From assembly GCA_022813865.1 (NCBI GenBank), contig JALDZX010000057.1, positions 1-64,000 on the forward strand: a DNA stretch of 64,000 bases, written 5' to 3'. Positions 41,501 to 53,306 of the stretch are shown in pieces. The notes under the pieces are model-generated. The model was not told the DNA's origin and did no database searches. It saw only the letters and a list, made by a program, of their open reading frames with translations. Position 1 is the stretch's first letter. The number at the start of each line of letters is the position of its first letter. Position numbers and translations under genes: made by a program. Origin of the DNA: Xylographa opegraphella (lineage: Eukaryota).

Positions 41501-41805
41501 ACAATGTAGTCAATGTCCGAAACACCGATGAGAGCAACGGTCACATCTTCGCACTAGCAGAGGGTCAGTTGGGCAAAGAGACACCGGGATTCAGGACCAA
41601 CGTTGCTGGCTACCTGAACCAAACCTTGTCTGACTAAATGCTTTGCAGCACAATCCACCAGCCTGTCCAGCGCTTTGGTCGTGAGTACCTCATAATTGGC
41701 AAGACCTTTTGGAGTTTTAGGATACGCAAGGCAAGGAATAGGCTCTCCAGACAAACTGAGGTGCCTGATCAAGTCGTCGATTGTGTATAAATCGTTTCTA
41801 GCCAT
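38510..41805 (-). CDS. NRPS-like carboxylic-acid reductase (adenylation - thiolation - terminal reductase), 4 exons
   Basis: A domain: LHSSGSTKQPRP, PLFHTHG, YGS|TE, YHTGDLF, GRLDD..TGEK. T domain: DFFDLGVDS. R domain: LLTGASGFLGSQ, IIHAAYPVNF, GYGQSK, LRIGQI. Introns ~41613-41554, 40816-40769 and 39746-39701 keep the frame. Confidence 0.9.
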
Positions 41806-42308
41806 GGTGATAGATTTGGTATAGTACAATGCTTATGGTAATATTATATGGAACAACACTCTCTTTCATACCAGCATAGATGATATCCAGCGATGACATG
41901 GTGTGCTAAGGTGTTGAGATGCATGGCCTTTGAAATAATGGCTCAGTGGTTTTGGCGAGCGGGATACCACAAACCATTGGCATTCAGAACACTTCTACAT
42001 TTTGGTAGGCGGTTTGCACAGTGCAGAAGTATGGTCGTCTTCGATACAATTTCGGCGGATTTATCAGAGTGCAAGTATAGCTCCAGTCATGTTGAAAGGA
42101 GCTAAGGATAGTTTACGGCAGGCCATTTAACTATACGAAGGTAAGATGGAAGGTTACATGAAAGCTTCAGCTCCTGATCATATCCACCAGTCAGGAGACT
42201 CGACAAATCACCTATATCATGAATGGTCGTATAATGCTCCCCAAACCAGAAGACATGCCGATCCAAGTGGTGGGTCAGAAAAGACTGTGCAGCTCGTGCA
42301 ACTCCAGA

Positions 42309-42982
42309 CTATTCCATAGGAAATGAAGACGTCTGCAAAGCATGTACATATTCTTGACGAGCCCCGAAACTTTCAGTATCGGCGCTGCGGTTTGCTTGCG
42401 TGATGTGGTCTGCATCCTTGAACAGCCGAACCATGGTAACGTCCTACGTCAGCTGATCAGTGGACGGAACAAATGCCCTTGGACGAACGGAACGGGGCTC
42501 AAGGGAACATACATTGTTCTCGTCAACGGCAAAGCGATGATAGATGCCTTTAGGGAGCACAATCAAGTCGCCCTCGATGACCTTGATGCGAACCCATTGG
42601 GAGCCGTTTGCGTCGCGAACATCAAAGTACCCTCCGCCGTTCGTGATGTAGCGAATCTCGTCGTCATCGTGAATGTGTTCGTGATTATTCAACGCATTAG
42701 CTTCTTCATAGCCGGCACCCATCGCGGCTGGCGAGTAGGTAATCTCATCGCGGTACTCGAAGCTCTTAGAATTTGCGAGTTCCTCAACGAAGGCCGCCGA
42801 GGAGGGCGAATGAACGGGCACGGAGTGGTATTGAACCCCAAGAGTAGGCAGATGGGAAGCTTCGATGTCTTGTCCAGAGTAGTGTGGCAGACGCAGGTCA
42901 CCCTGGCATGTACCGTCAGTGAAAGGCCTTCAAGTACCACGGGTGTATATACAGGCTGTTCATCATATTGATAGACCTTCAT
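42309..42982 (-). CDS. Acireductone dioxygenase (ARD/ADI1-family cupin), divergent copy, 3 exons
   Basis: MKVYQYDEQP|GDLRLPH...RDEIT...HEHIHDDDEIRYITNGGGYFDVRD...WVRI...GDLIVLPKGIYHRF|DVTMVRLFKD...ME*. The His/His/Glu/His metal ligands are present. Confidence 0.88.
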
Positions 42983-43982
42983 ACTGAACAAGTTTCAGAA
43001 ATCTGAAGCAGATCAATTGATATCTTAGGGTATAGGATGTGAATTGACAAGGTCCGATGAAAGAGCAAATAACGCTGAAGGGCAAAACTAAATAGTCGCT
43101 CTCACAGCCAGGATACACTTGAAGAGGCAAGCTTAGCCGATATAGCATATACCACCAGTGTTCGAAGCGACGTTACACCACAGATGAAGCCTCGAGCGCA
43201 GAGGCTCAAATGCACTGTATCATGAGCACCTGAGGTAGCCATGGCCAGCGTCACTCGTACATGGAAAGACATGGGCTTGCTGATAGGACAACATTGCCAA
43301 GAAAGATGCATGATAACGAAGCTGCAGCCATACCTCCATAGAATCCCAACAATTGCGGCGATGCACAAAGCGGGGTTTTGCCTCGCTTCTTCATCCTTTG
43401 CCATGCTCCAGGGCGTGAAGGCAACGGCATGTGAGTATAAGGCACCGTCTTGGCATGCAATTTGAGTCAGGCGGCCAGTAGAGTCGATGACCAGGCAGTT
43501 CCTTTTACGTATTTACTGTTCAAGGCAGTTGCGCCGCCGCTCTGCATGAAGCCGAACTATCGTCCTGCAGCGAGTACTTAGTGTAGATCGGCATAGGCAG
43601 TATTCTGTAACGAAACATCGAAAGTTCGATAAGAAACTATCCTACCCGATACCTCGCGTATCAAATACTTTGTGTCAAGCTCTACGAGACTACGATAGCA
43701 CAGCTGCAGATCAATACCGTGTCAAGGGTGGGTGCTGTAACCAAGGTAGCTGGTGGAGGTCGAGATTATTCTCCCACGATGTCCGACCCCGGTGACAGCA
43801 ATAGCGCAGAGCGTGTCATCCTATTCACTCACTTTCATGGAGACCGCGAGGTGAAGGGGGACGAAAGATGGAATCACAGCTCTTCGATTTGTCTAAAGGG
43901 TGACATGTGTGAGGTGTTCGTAAATCGTTATCCACTTGAACAAGACGTGAACCCCGCGGTGGTGGAACGAAGTAATATCCGT

Positions 43983-45944
43983 TCAAGAAATAAGGCCTAG
44001 ATCCTCTTTGATCAAGTCCGCCCCTTTCTCAGCCAGTGCATAGACACTGGTCATGATATTTCCACGCGGAATGATAGGCATGATACTAGCATCCACCACG
44101 CGCAGATTTCTAGTACCATAGACCACCAACCTATCACTGACTACCCCACCCAGCTCTTTACGCATCATCGCACACGTGCCGCATGGGTGATAGTTTGTCG
44201 CTGCCGAGCTCCTGATCAACTCGATTGCGTTCTCGAGCGTTTTCGAGTCCTTGCCAGGCGGCAGTCTTCTCCCGTTGGGCTTGATCAGACGTGACAACGA
44301 CTCCGTCTCGATCAGTTGATCATGAAACATCATATGACGACCGTACAACTCTGCGTCGAGGGGATGGGACAGGTACTTGAAGTCAATGACAGGTGGCACG
44401 TTGGCAGCAGGAGACCTGATATGTACGGAGCCGCGGGAGAAAGGATACGAGAGCATTGCAAGCGTGGAAATGTAGTTTTCAGAATCGTATGCGGCCATGA
44501 TTTCTCTGGGGTAGCTCTTGTCTAGGTGAAACTGCCGACGAGCCAAGAAATGGGTGGCAGTAGCTTCGTCTGGTGACTCTATCATGCGGCTGTTGAAATC
44601 GTATTGAATTTTAGCAGCCGGGAATGGCGTGGGCGCTTCATGTTGGCGAAGGTATTTGTCGAGGAGTTCGGCTGTAGTAGCATTCGAGTCTGGTGCAGCC
44701 GTATTGAGGGATACAAAGGCAAACGAGTAACAAGGGCCTTGGGCGAGAGGGCCTGAACGAGATTCGTTGTATTGCTTCAACCCTGCCTGAACTACTGCTG
44801 GATCACGCATGAGGTCCATGGTTCTGACCCCGTCGTTGACTTCAAACGAAGAACCGCACATCATGTGATCTTGGAGATTTTCTATGGTTGGTAAGCATAA
44901 GGTAGCACAATCTACAGCAGGGAAAGATAACCTCCTACGTATGTATTGTCATAAACAACTTCAATCCCGTGAGACTCCAGTATTTTGGAAGAACCAACTC
45001 CAGAAAGTTCGAGCAACTGCGGCGACGCAAAGACTCCTGCTGCTAGAATGACTTCCTTGCGAGCTCTGACATTGTATGTTGTGTTTGCGTATGAGAACTT
45101 GACACCACTGGCAATAGCATCCTCAGACCCGACAGACGGCTCGAAGTTGACCTTTTCAGCCTGTGCAGCAGTAATTAGATGCAGATTTGGACGGTCTTTT
45201 GCTGCGCCGTAGTAGGCTTTTCCAGCGTGACTTCGCTCTTTTGTGTCACCCGTGATAGCACAAGGACTGGAGTATCCGCCTAGAGAATGTCCCGAAAGTG
45301 GGTCCGCTTGCAGACCGTGGCGGATGCTTTGGTGTGCTTCTACCCACGCCCGTTGAATCGGATCCTTAATGTTCGGGAAAGAGCTCTGTATAGGACCAGA
45401 TGATCCTTGGAACGTTGGGTCAATGTAGTCCATGCGAAGGAAATCTTTGATGTCCTGGCTTGGGGGAACAAAGGTTTGAAATTTCCGGAAATAGGGCGCC
45501 ATGCTGTCCCAGTCCCAGCCATTATTACCCAGTTCTGCCCAAGCATCAAGCCCAGCTTTCGTAGGATATATCAGAGCCAGTAGGTTGATGACACTCGAGC
45601 CTCCAAGGACTTTGCCACGAGGATGATGTATGCTCCGGCCATGAAGATCCGACTGTTGGTTCAATCATGTGAGCAATGGCTAGGAAGACGTGCACCCAAC
45701 TCACCTGCGGCTCAGACACATACTGCCAGTCAAAGTCTGGATCGCCCATGAGCGGGCCAAACAGTGCTGGAGTATAGACCCGTGGATCATCATTTTTGTT
45801 GGGCCCAGCCTCAAGAATCAGCACCGTCAGTGCCGGATCCTCCGTCAACCGGTTGGCTAGAACGCAACCAGCGGTACCTCCGCCAACAATTATGATGTCG
45901 TAGGCATCATGCCTCAGCGGACTTGATGTGTTCTCTGACAACAT
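43983..45944 (-). CDS. GMC oxidoreductase (aryl-alcohol/choline dehydrogenase-like), 3 exons
   Basis: DIIIVGGGTAG, RGKVLGGSSVIN, EVILAAGVFASPQLLELSG, G|ENLQDH, PFSRGSVHI, YHPCGTCAM, LRVVDASIMP, GNIMTSVYALAEK. Frame intact. Confidence 0.92.
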
Positions 45945-47270
45945 GAAGATCCAAGCAGAGAAGGGAACAGGGCCTGTTGAAATGCGAGTTTCGTGAGCAC
46001 CTTTTACGTGACTCCGGTGGTTATCTGAGCTACACTTCCATGCGGAATCAAAGATGGCCCGAACAAAGCACCTAGGGAACGCATCTGGTGTGAAAAGAAG
46101 ATGCAGGATGCAGTGGAAGGTGGACAGAGCAGCTAGGAATGACGTAGACCTGCAGCTGACATGCATACATATTGTGTACAGCGTCCACGAGGCTTTGATG
46201 AAAACACGGCGGGAGGAAGCAACACTCCGCCCATTTCCGCGAAACTAGGGCCACACGTGCGCAGCCGACTGGGAGAAAACGTCAAGGAGCATCAGCCCGC
46301 ATTCATATAGTGATTGTTAGCCTGACGTTGTGGATGAATGGGCATGAATCTTTTGATTGTACGGGCTACGGAGGATGCGTGGGATGGTGATACCTGAATG
46401 ACTACCTGAGACTACCTCACCTTACCTTATCGCGTTATCCGCGTGTGTACTAGCAGCAGAATGAACTAGCCACATTAAGCACTAAGTCAAGCTAGTAGTC
46501 GGCTATTCAACCTCGGCTGATAGCTTTAAAATCCTGGGCGTTTCACGTGGTATTTTACGGTATCAAGGACCAGCGACGATTTGCTTCTTCTGAACATGCT
46601 CGCATCGATGGCTGTTGAGCCTTGTACACGAGAAGAGACTTCTGCCATGGAATTACGCCCTGTTGTCGATCATTTCTGCGGTCTGCACTGCCCATCGTCG
46701 ATCTCCCTCACCGCTCCGCGAGGCTGGCAGCAACTATTCCCATCTCGAACACTTTGTACAACCCGAGCCTTGTACGCGCTGCCAACCAATGCTTGTCTTT
46801 GATCTCCGGACGCCAACCAGCTTGATGACTGCAGCTTCTCTTTCCATGTACCACCCGTTCCATGCTGTGAGGATGGTGTGGAGCGACTGTAAGCAGCATG
46901 CAGCATATGGCCCATCTGGCCTCATCTGATGGGCTGACGCCCGATTCTTTTCTCATGCATAGCTTGAGCACGTTTACATTGCCGTTGTTCAAACTGCCAG
47001 TGAAGTCGTGGTGTTGGCTGTACCACACCTGCATCAAGCCAGTGATAATCCACGATCATCTGTGCAGCACTTGCCTCCGTGCGACAGTGGCTGTAACGTT
47101 ACTTCGGAAGGCATCGTCGAAACTCTTGGCCCGCAAAACATCGGGGCGTGGAGATGTCGCGACGTTCCAAAGTAGAAGAATCATAACTTCCCCTTTCATC
47201 CTTTGATGATTGGCAAAAGGGTGGTCCAAAATCCTTTAGCACACCTCGAGCGAGCGTATCGGCTACCAAA

Positions 47271-48445
47271 ATGAGCGACACGATTCCATCCCACGGAGAC
47301 GATTTTGGTATCGCCATTATAGTTTGCGGCTGGCTTTTCCAAGTCATCGCAGCCGTCGCTGTGGCATTGCGAGTTTGGGCAAGGCATTTGAAGAAGCAGA
47401 AGCTGGTCCTCAACGACCACTTGGCATTCGCTGCGCTTGTAGCGACTATTCTGTTAAATATCGGATCGACGTGGGCAGTCGTCGATGCTGGACAAGGCCA
47501 GCATGCGAGTGACTTATCTGGGGAACAAGTCACTGAATACGCGAAGGTGGGTTGCTTTCCGAGCCACGTTCTGTGCCATAAGTAACTTAGCCAGTCACTT
47601 CTTGCGAACGAACCCTTGTGGGGGATTGCTAACTGTTTGGTCAAAATGTGCATTTTATGTTTATATATCCAGATTTTTGGACAAATACGATGGTTTCGAA
47701 TCTGTTCATATACTCTGCTTACCATGTCGGTCCTATACGCCATCGCAGTAATTCTTGAGATCTTTCTTCTATGTCGGCCATTGTCCAGTCTCTGGGACCC
47801 GAGCATCAAAGGGGCGTGTGGAAGTGAGAAGGCTGCATACTTGGGGGTTGGTATCACGAACCTGATCATCGACTGCTTTATTATTATATTACCCCTCCCA
47901 GTGCTCTGGAATTTGCGGCTGAAGGTCTCCAAAAAGATCGCCCTGTCATTCGTTTTCTCATTGGGTACTTTGTCAGTACTTTTCTTCCCCATATGAACAA
48001 CCGGCTGATTCGGTTCAGGATTATTATCATCACCGGTCTTCGTATTCAGGCCCTCTCGGAGGTCGACCCCAAGGATCCCACGTATACGACTGGCCATATA
48101 GGTGTCTATTCCGTGCTTGAGCCAACATTAGGTCTTATCAACGCTTGTCTTCCTGTTTTACAGCCAGTGATCAATCATCTTTCGAATGGCACCAAATGGA
48201 CACGGGGTTTGTCCGCATTCAGTAAAGGTTCAGAGGGCCACAGCCGCTTTGGTCACAACCGCCCGTTCGACAAGCTTGCAAACGAGAATGACACTCTACC
48301 TTTACGAGATGTGGAAACCGGTAACCTACCTTCCACGACTGTTTATACGGGTAGTGGTAGCACGCATAGCGACATGGGTGACGTGAAGCTGGAAGAACCA
48401 GGACACATCAGAGTAAGGCAAGAAATTAGTGTGCATGGATACTGA
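47271..48445 (+). CDS. PTH11-like (fungal rhodopsin-domain) integral membrane protein, 3 exons
   Basis: VALRVWAR, NDHL, GQGQH, CRPLSSLWD...GAC, DCFIIILPLPVLWNL, ITGLRI, SVLEPTLGLINACLP. Confidence 0.87.
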
Positions 48446-48893
48446 GGCTGGTGGCACACGTCAGAGAATATTTCGTGGGGAATTCGAGGCGTTTGATTAT
48501 GTTGTACTAGGACGGACTGGACTTTAAAATTAGCGTTTTGATTAGACACCAGCTCCATAGTTATGAATCGGTATATCTCATGCTCTGATGCTTCTGATTG
48601 TAATGGATGGAGCTCACTATTCAATGAGAAGACATCCCTATACTAAACATCGAGAAACGGTAGGATTGAGCTACTTGCAGCGCCTCCTTTAGTCACCTTT
48701 GTCAACGGAGTAAGATAAGTACCTACCGTAAGGTAGCGCGGTAATACCATAACTCCGACCTGCATGCATGAATTCGCTAAGAAAATGCAGGTCATCCCAC
48801 CTACCTTACATCTTCATTCACATGGAGTCAGCCTCGAAGAACCACACTTTGGTATTCCCATATTCGTCGACGCGTTAACTCTGCAATCACATC

Positions 48894-50525
48894 ATGTCGC
48901 CGATCAAGCTGGCGACGAGACTCCTGGGGAACGAAGGGGCTGATATATGGCAAGGCGTTCGTATATGTGGCTAGATAAATGCTGATGCACCAACAGGGGG
49001 ACGATCAACGCAGCAGTCGCAGCGTCACCCATTCAGCCAGTCGCAAATATGGGCCAGGGTTTTTTGTGAGAGACATGCCATGCACAGCGGCACTTTTGGA
49101 GTTTCACACCGTTGATGTTGTGTAGTGGCTACAACCCCCCTGACTTCGTCCTGCGAGCTGCCGAGGGAGTCGTTGAACGCGAAGATTGCAACCAATATGC
49201 GCCTACCAAGGGTCGACCACGCCTACGGGAAGCTCTTGCCAAGACGTTCTCACCACTCCTTAGCCGGACTGTTGATGCACAGACGGAGGTTGTCGTGACC
49301 ACTGGTGCCAATGAGGGGATCCTTTGTGCCATCATGGCTTTTGTCGAGCCGGGAGACGAAGTGATTGTGATGGAGCCATTCTTCAGCTAGTGAGCCACAG
49401 ACTCTCAATGATTTTCATCTTTGAAATTGTCTGATATGCTTCGACAAGCTATGCTCGAGCCATTATCTTAGCTGGTGGTACACCACAATACGTTTCCCTA
49501 AAACCGCCGGCGGATAGTGCCTCTCGAAAGACACGAGCTGCGGAATGGAAACTTGACCTTGAAGAGGTCAACAGTCTTGTGAACTCAAAGACAAGAGCTA
49601 TGGTATTGTTACTATTCCCTTTGAGACTTCGTGCTGATTAGCTGTCTAGATCCTGAACTCGCCGTATGTCAATTCCCTGGGATCCAGGACGCTGCTGACA
49701 GAAGCAGCCATAATCCAATTGGAAAGACCTTCTCCCGCGAGGAGCTTCAAGGGCTTGCGGACATCTGTGTGAAGCACTCCATCATTGTCATATCTGACGA
49801 GGTGTACGATCGCTTGAGCTTCGTTCCGTTTACAAGGATCGCTCAGCTTTCGCCAGAGATATGGAACCTGACCTTGACAGTGGGCTCTGCAGGTAAAACA
49901 TTCTACGCAACTGGCTGGCGTGTAGGCTTTTTGATTGGTCCGAAGCAACTCATCGAAGGCGTTGTAACTGCACACCGCGGTATTTGTTTCGCCACACCCA
50001 ATAGTTCCCAGGAAGCTTTAGCCATTGCATATGAGGAGGCGGAGAGGGAAGGGTTTTGGAAATACACGAAGGAGTGTATCGAGGCGAAGATGCATCGATT
50101 CAACGAGATCTGGGATGAGCTTGGGATCCCGGTAAGTGTCTCGACCATCAAGAAGCGTGCTAAGCTCACCCGGAACTCCTACAGTACGTCGTGCCAGACG
50201 GCGGCTACTTTGTCCTCGTGAACACCAAGAGAATTGTCGTACCAGACGGTTATATATTTCCAGCTCACATAACCGATCAAGAGAAAGACATCAGGCTTGC
50301 CTGGTTTTTGATTTATGAGCTCGGAGTGGCGAGCGTGCCGATTTCAGGTAAGGATTGGATGCACATCTTCTTGAAAGCCATACTGAGTGACGATGTATAG
50401 AGTTCTACTGCGCTAAGAACAAAGAGCAGGGATCAGAGTATTTACGATTCTCCGTGTGCCATCCGGACGGGAAGCTAGATCTGGCGAAGACTCGGCTGCG
50501 AGGACTGAAGAAGTTCATGTCCTGA
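48894..50525 (+). CDS. PLP-dependent class I/II aminotransferase, BNA3/kynurenine-glutamine transaminase K-like, ~8 exons
   Basis: DIW|GTINAA..NMGQGFF|GYNPP, NQYAPTKGRPRL, VTTGANEG, ILNSP|HNPIGK, SDEVYD, PLP lysine motif GSAGKTFYATGWRVG, GGYF, YLRFSVC. Confidence 0.88.
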
Positions 50526-51619
50526 AGGTGGATAGTCGAGATCTTATCAGGCACGTCGGAAGCGGAACTAGAAGTATAGTATTAGAAGTGCAGGAGGCGA
50601 AAACCGGTCATTCATTGTGGTACTAACACTGTAAGACGAATCGCTGCGATACCTCGTGGAGGCCTCGCTATCAAGCACATGACCAACATTGAAATCCAAA
50701 AAGAAATAACCTGTACATGTCGTCGTAATAATGTTGAAACTTGTGTGTGCTGCGTAAATCGATCAAAATGCCGGTCTGAGGTTTTAAAAACCCCAGAGTC
50801 CCTCAAAATAAATTGAAATTAGTCGACTATCCCCATACAAAAGTCTTGTTAGTTTTTGTTGTCTAAACCACTCCCATGTCATAGGAAACCTTCCGGATAT
50901 GCGGTTGATAAATACTAAAAGTGCAATGATAATATTGTCTCCATACTTCTCTGAGCTTCATCGATGCCCATATGAAAGTGGTTGAATATGATTTATGCTC
51001 CCTCCCAAGACGAAAGCGTCAAGCAACGATCCTCGACATGGAGAGCATAATTGAGAACCATGGCGACATCGAGATCCTCTAGATTCTAGAGCGTGATCAG
51101 AAACCACGGCGTCTACAACCGAGAATCACGATGTACGTGACGACTCCTCGAACTCCGAGCAACCTCTGCGGTATCTACGATTGTTTTTAGCTATCAAGTC
51201 AACAAGATAGCCACTGTATCTTCCGATCGAGTACTTACCTCTACCTTTCTCTCATAGCGGCCGGTGACTGTCCATCTCCTCGTCATCTCTTCCGATCATT
51301 AAAGTTGGCTCCTACTGGACCAAATATTCAGTGGCACGCGTTGAAGGGATTGACGTGTTGAACATAGATGGAAGGGGGAAATATTGGATGTTGTAAAGGA
51401 TGCCCATGTGATATCGCGTTGGATAGAGAAGCTATCGCGATGGCGCTTATAGCCTGTTTCGAACATCAGCGGAAGAAGAAAAAAAATAGTCAAGGAAATA
51501 GACTCTATGTGTTTGCTTACAAGGGTTCAAATATATACATTGACTCAGTGTCATCGAGCTCAATACGCATGGCATTATCCGTAGCTTCGTATTCGCGTCT
51601 GCTGACGATAGCACATGTA

Positions 51620-53038
51620 TCAATAGGCTGGCGGTCTCCCCGTAACGCGTCGAATTGCTCGTTGAATAACGGAAGCCGAGATGTCGGGCACGCTCTTCAC
51701 AACTTGATCCTCTTGACAGATCTTGTAGCGCTGTGGGGGCATCATGAGCCCCGGCCATATGTCAACAGGCAGAAAATCTCCCTGCTCGTGCCTGAAAGCA
51801 TCTCTCTCGGCAAGATCTTCTTCGAATAGTTTGTCCATCTTCGCGATTGAGTCCTGAACAACCTTCTTCATTCTCATCTCTGTAGTCTTTCTGCGGCCAA
51901 TTTCAATGATCAGATTGTCGTAGGCGCTGAAAAAACCATCGTAGAATTCTCGGAGACTTTCCAACTCCTCCATATGATCCGCAATTTTGGCCTTCTCCTC
52001 GTCCCATCGCAAGAGGAAGACATGGCTTTGCGTAATATACTTCGGCAGCCTTTCGCAGATTGCTTCCATCATGCTGATAGCAGTGGTCTTCCGATCGTGC
52101 AATTCTGCGAGCTGCTCTGTGTACAACTCCACGCGTTCGTAGTTCCTTTCAATCTCTGCGCTACGATCCCTGATTTCCATGACAACCTCCTCAACCTCGT
52201 TTGCGTCTTTTTCAAGGATTCCCAACATCTCGGCTCGCTCTTCCTCACTCATAGGCTCAAGTGGCATTTCTGTGCTAGCAAGCTCCCTTGCTACTCCTTC
52301 TGGTAGGTCATCCGTGATCTGCTGAGCTGCTGCACCTCCACCTTCTGTATGCTTGATAGCGGTCACACATATATCGAAGTGCTTGACGAGACTCTCCAGA
52401 TTGTCTGCCATCTCTTGCGCGTGTTCCTCCATGCCCTGTAGAATATCGGGGACCGGCGAGTGTAGGCAATGCTTTGGATCCATCATTCCTTCCTGGTTAT
52501 CATCCGTGGTGAGCAGATGTCTAATTTGGGAAATATCGTCCTCCAAGGCGGCGTTTGATTCCCCATAAACCCGACGGGCCTCACCACTCGCACCGATACA
52601 CTCTTTGATAGTGCTCAGAAGACCAGCCACACCACTTTCGTCAACGAAATCCACAAGACTTTTGCTTGGCTCTCCATCCGGTCGTAAACTGGACTCTACC
52701 TTCGTCGCTCGAAGCTGATCCAAAGTGTGCTGCAACTTGGCCTGTGCATCATCCAATGCACCGATGACCTTTTGGAATTCCGATCCACTGTCTCGCGCTA
52801 TGCTGCAAGTATGATCCAGTACAAGTTCAAGCAACCTCGCCTGTGCTGCACTACCGTTGTGTAAGAAGACAGTCCGAGCTGCGGTGATGGTGTGGCCTTC
52901 TAGAGCTTGGCGGGTCTTCTTCACGAGGTCGTCAGCGCGATAGACGTGATCGACACAGGAGAGTGATCTTTTAGCTGCAAGAAGATGAGCTATGAGGGTA
53001 CGCGGCTGCTCCGTTGGAAGACCTGACGAGGAGTCCAT
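51620..53038 (-). CDS. ATG17: Autophagy-related protein 17, single exon
   Basis: LLAAKRSLS, KSLVDFVDE, MADNLESLVKHFDIC, YDGFFSAYDNLIIEIGRR, FRHEQGDFLPVDIWPG; predominantly helical. Confidence 0.87.
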   Translation of the reverse strand: MDSSSGLPTEQPRTLIAHLLAAKRSLSCVDHVYRADDLVKKTRQALEGHTITAARTVFLHNGSAAQARLLELVLDHTCSIARDSGSEFQKVIGALDDAQAKLQHTLDQLRATKVESSLRPDGEPSKSLVDFVDESGVAGLLSTIKECIGASGEARRVYGESNAALEDDISQIRHLLTTDDNQEGMMDPKHCLHSPVPDILQGMEEHAQEMADNLESLVKHFDICVTAIKHTEGGGAAAQQITDDLPEGVARELASTEMPLEPMSEEERAEMLGILEKDANEVEEVVMEIRDRSAEIERNYERVELYTEQLAELHDRKTTAISMMEAICERLPKYITQSHVFLLRWDEEKAKIADHMEELESLREFYDGFFSAYDNLIIEIGRRKTTEMRMKKVVQDSIAKMDKLFEEDLAERDAFRHEQGDFLPVDIWPGLMMPPQRYKICQEDQVVKSVPDISASVIQRAIRRVTGRPPAY

Positions 53039-53306
53039 TTACGGATTGATAGTATGTATCCTATCGACGCCTCGGTGAATGGCGTAGAGAACCTTAGGCA
53101 TTGTGACGGACTTATGCCGGAGTTACCTGTCAGGGGCGCGGCTCTGGACTTGACAGCTTATTCCGCCAATCAAATTCGAGGTCCTTCCACGAGCCACCAA
53201 AGAGACTGCATGAAGCCGGCGCGGGAGATCGCCAAGCTTAAAATTTTGTCTATAAGAAATCAACCACACGCGACGTCGAGTATCGACAGGTTTGGACTGA
53301 CAGAAG

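Noticed and set aside
47099..48097. 332-aa antisense ORF opposite the PTH11-like gene
   Set aside because: Shadow of the sense-strand membrane protein; no domain features.
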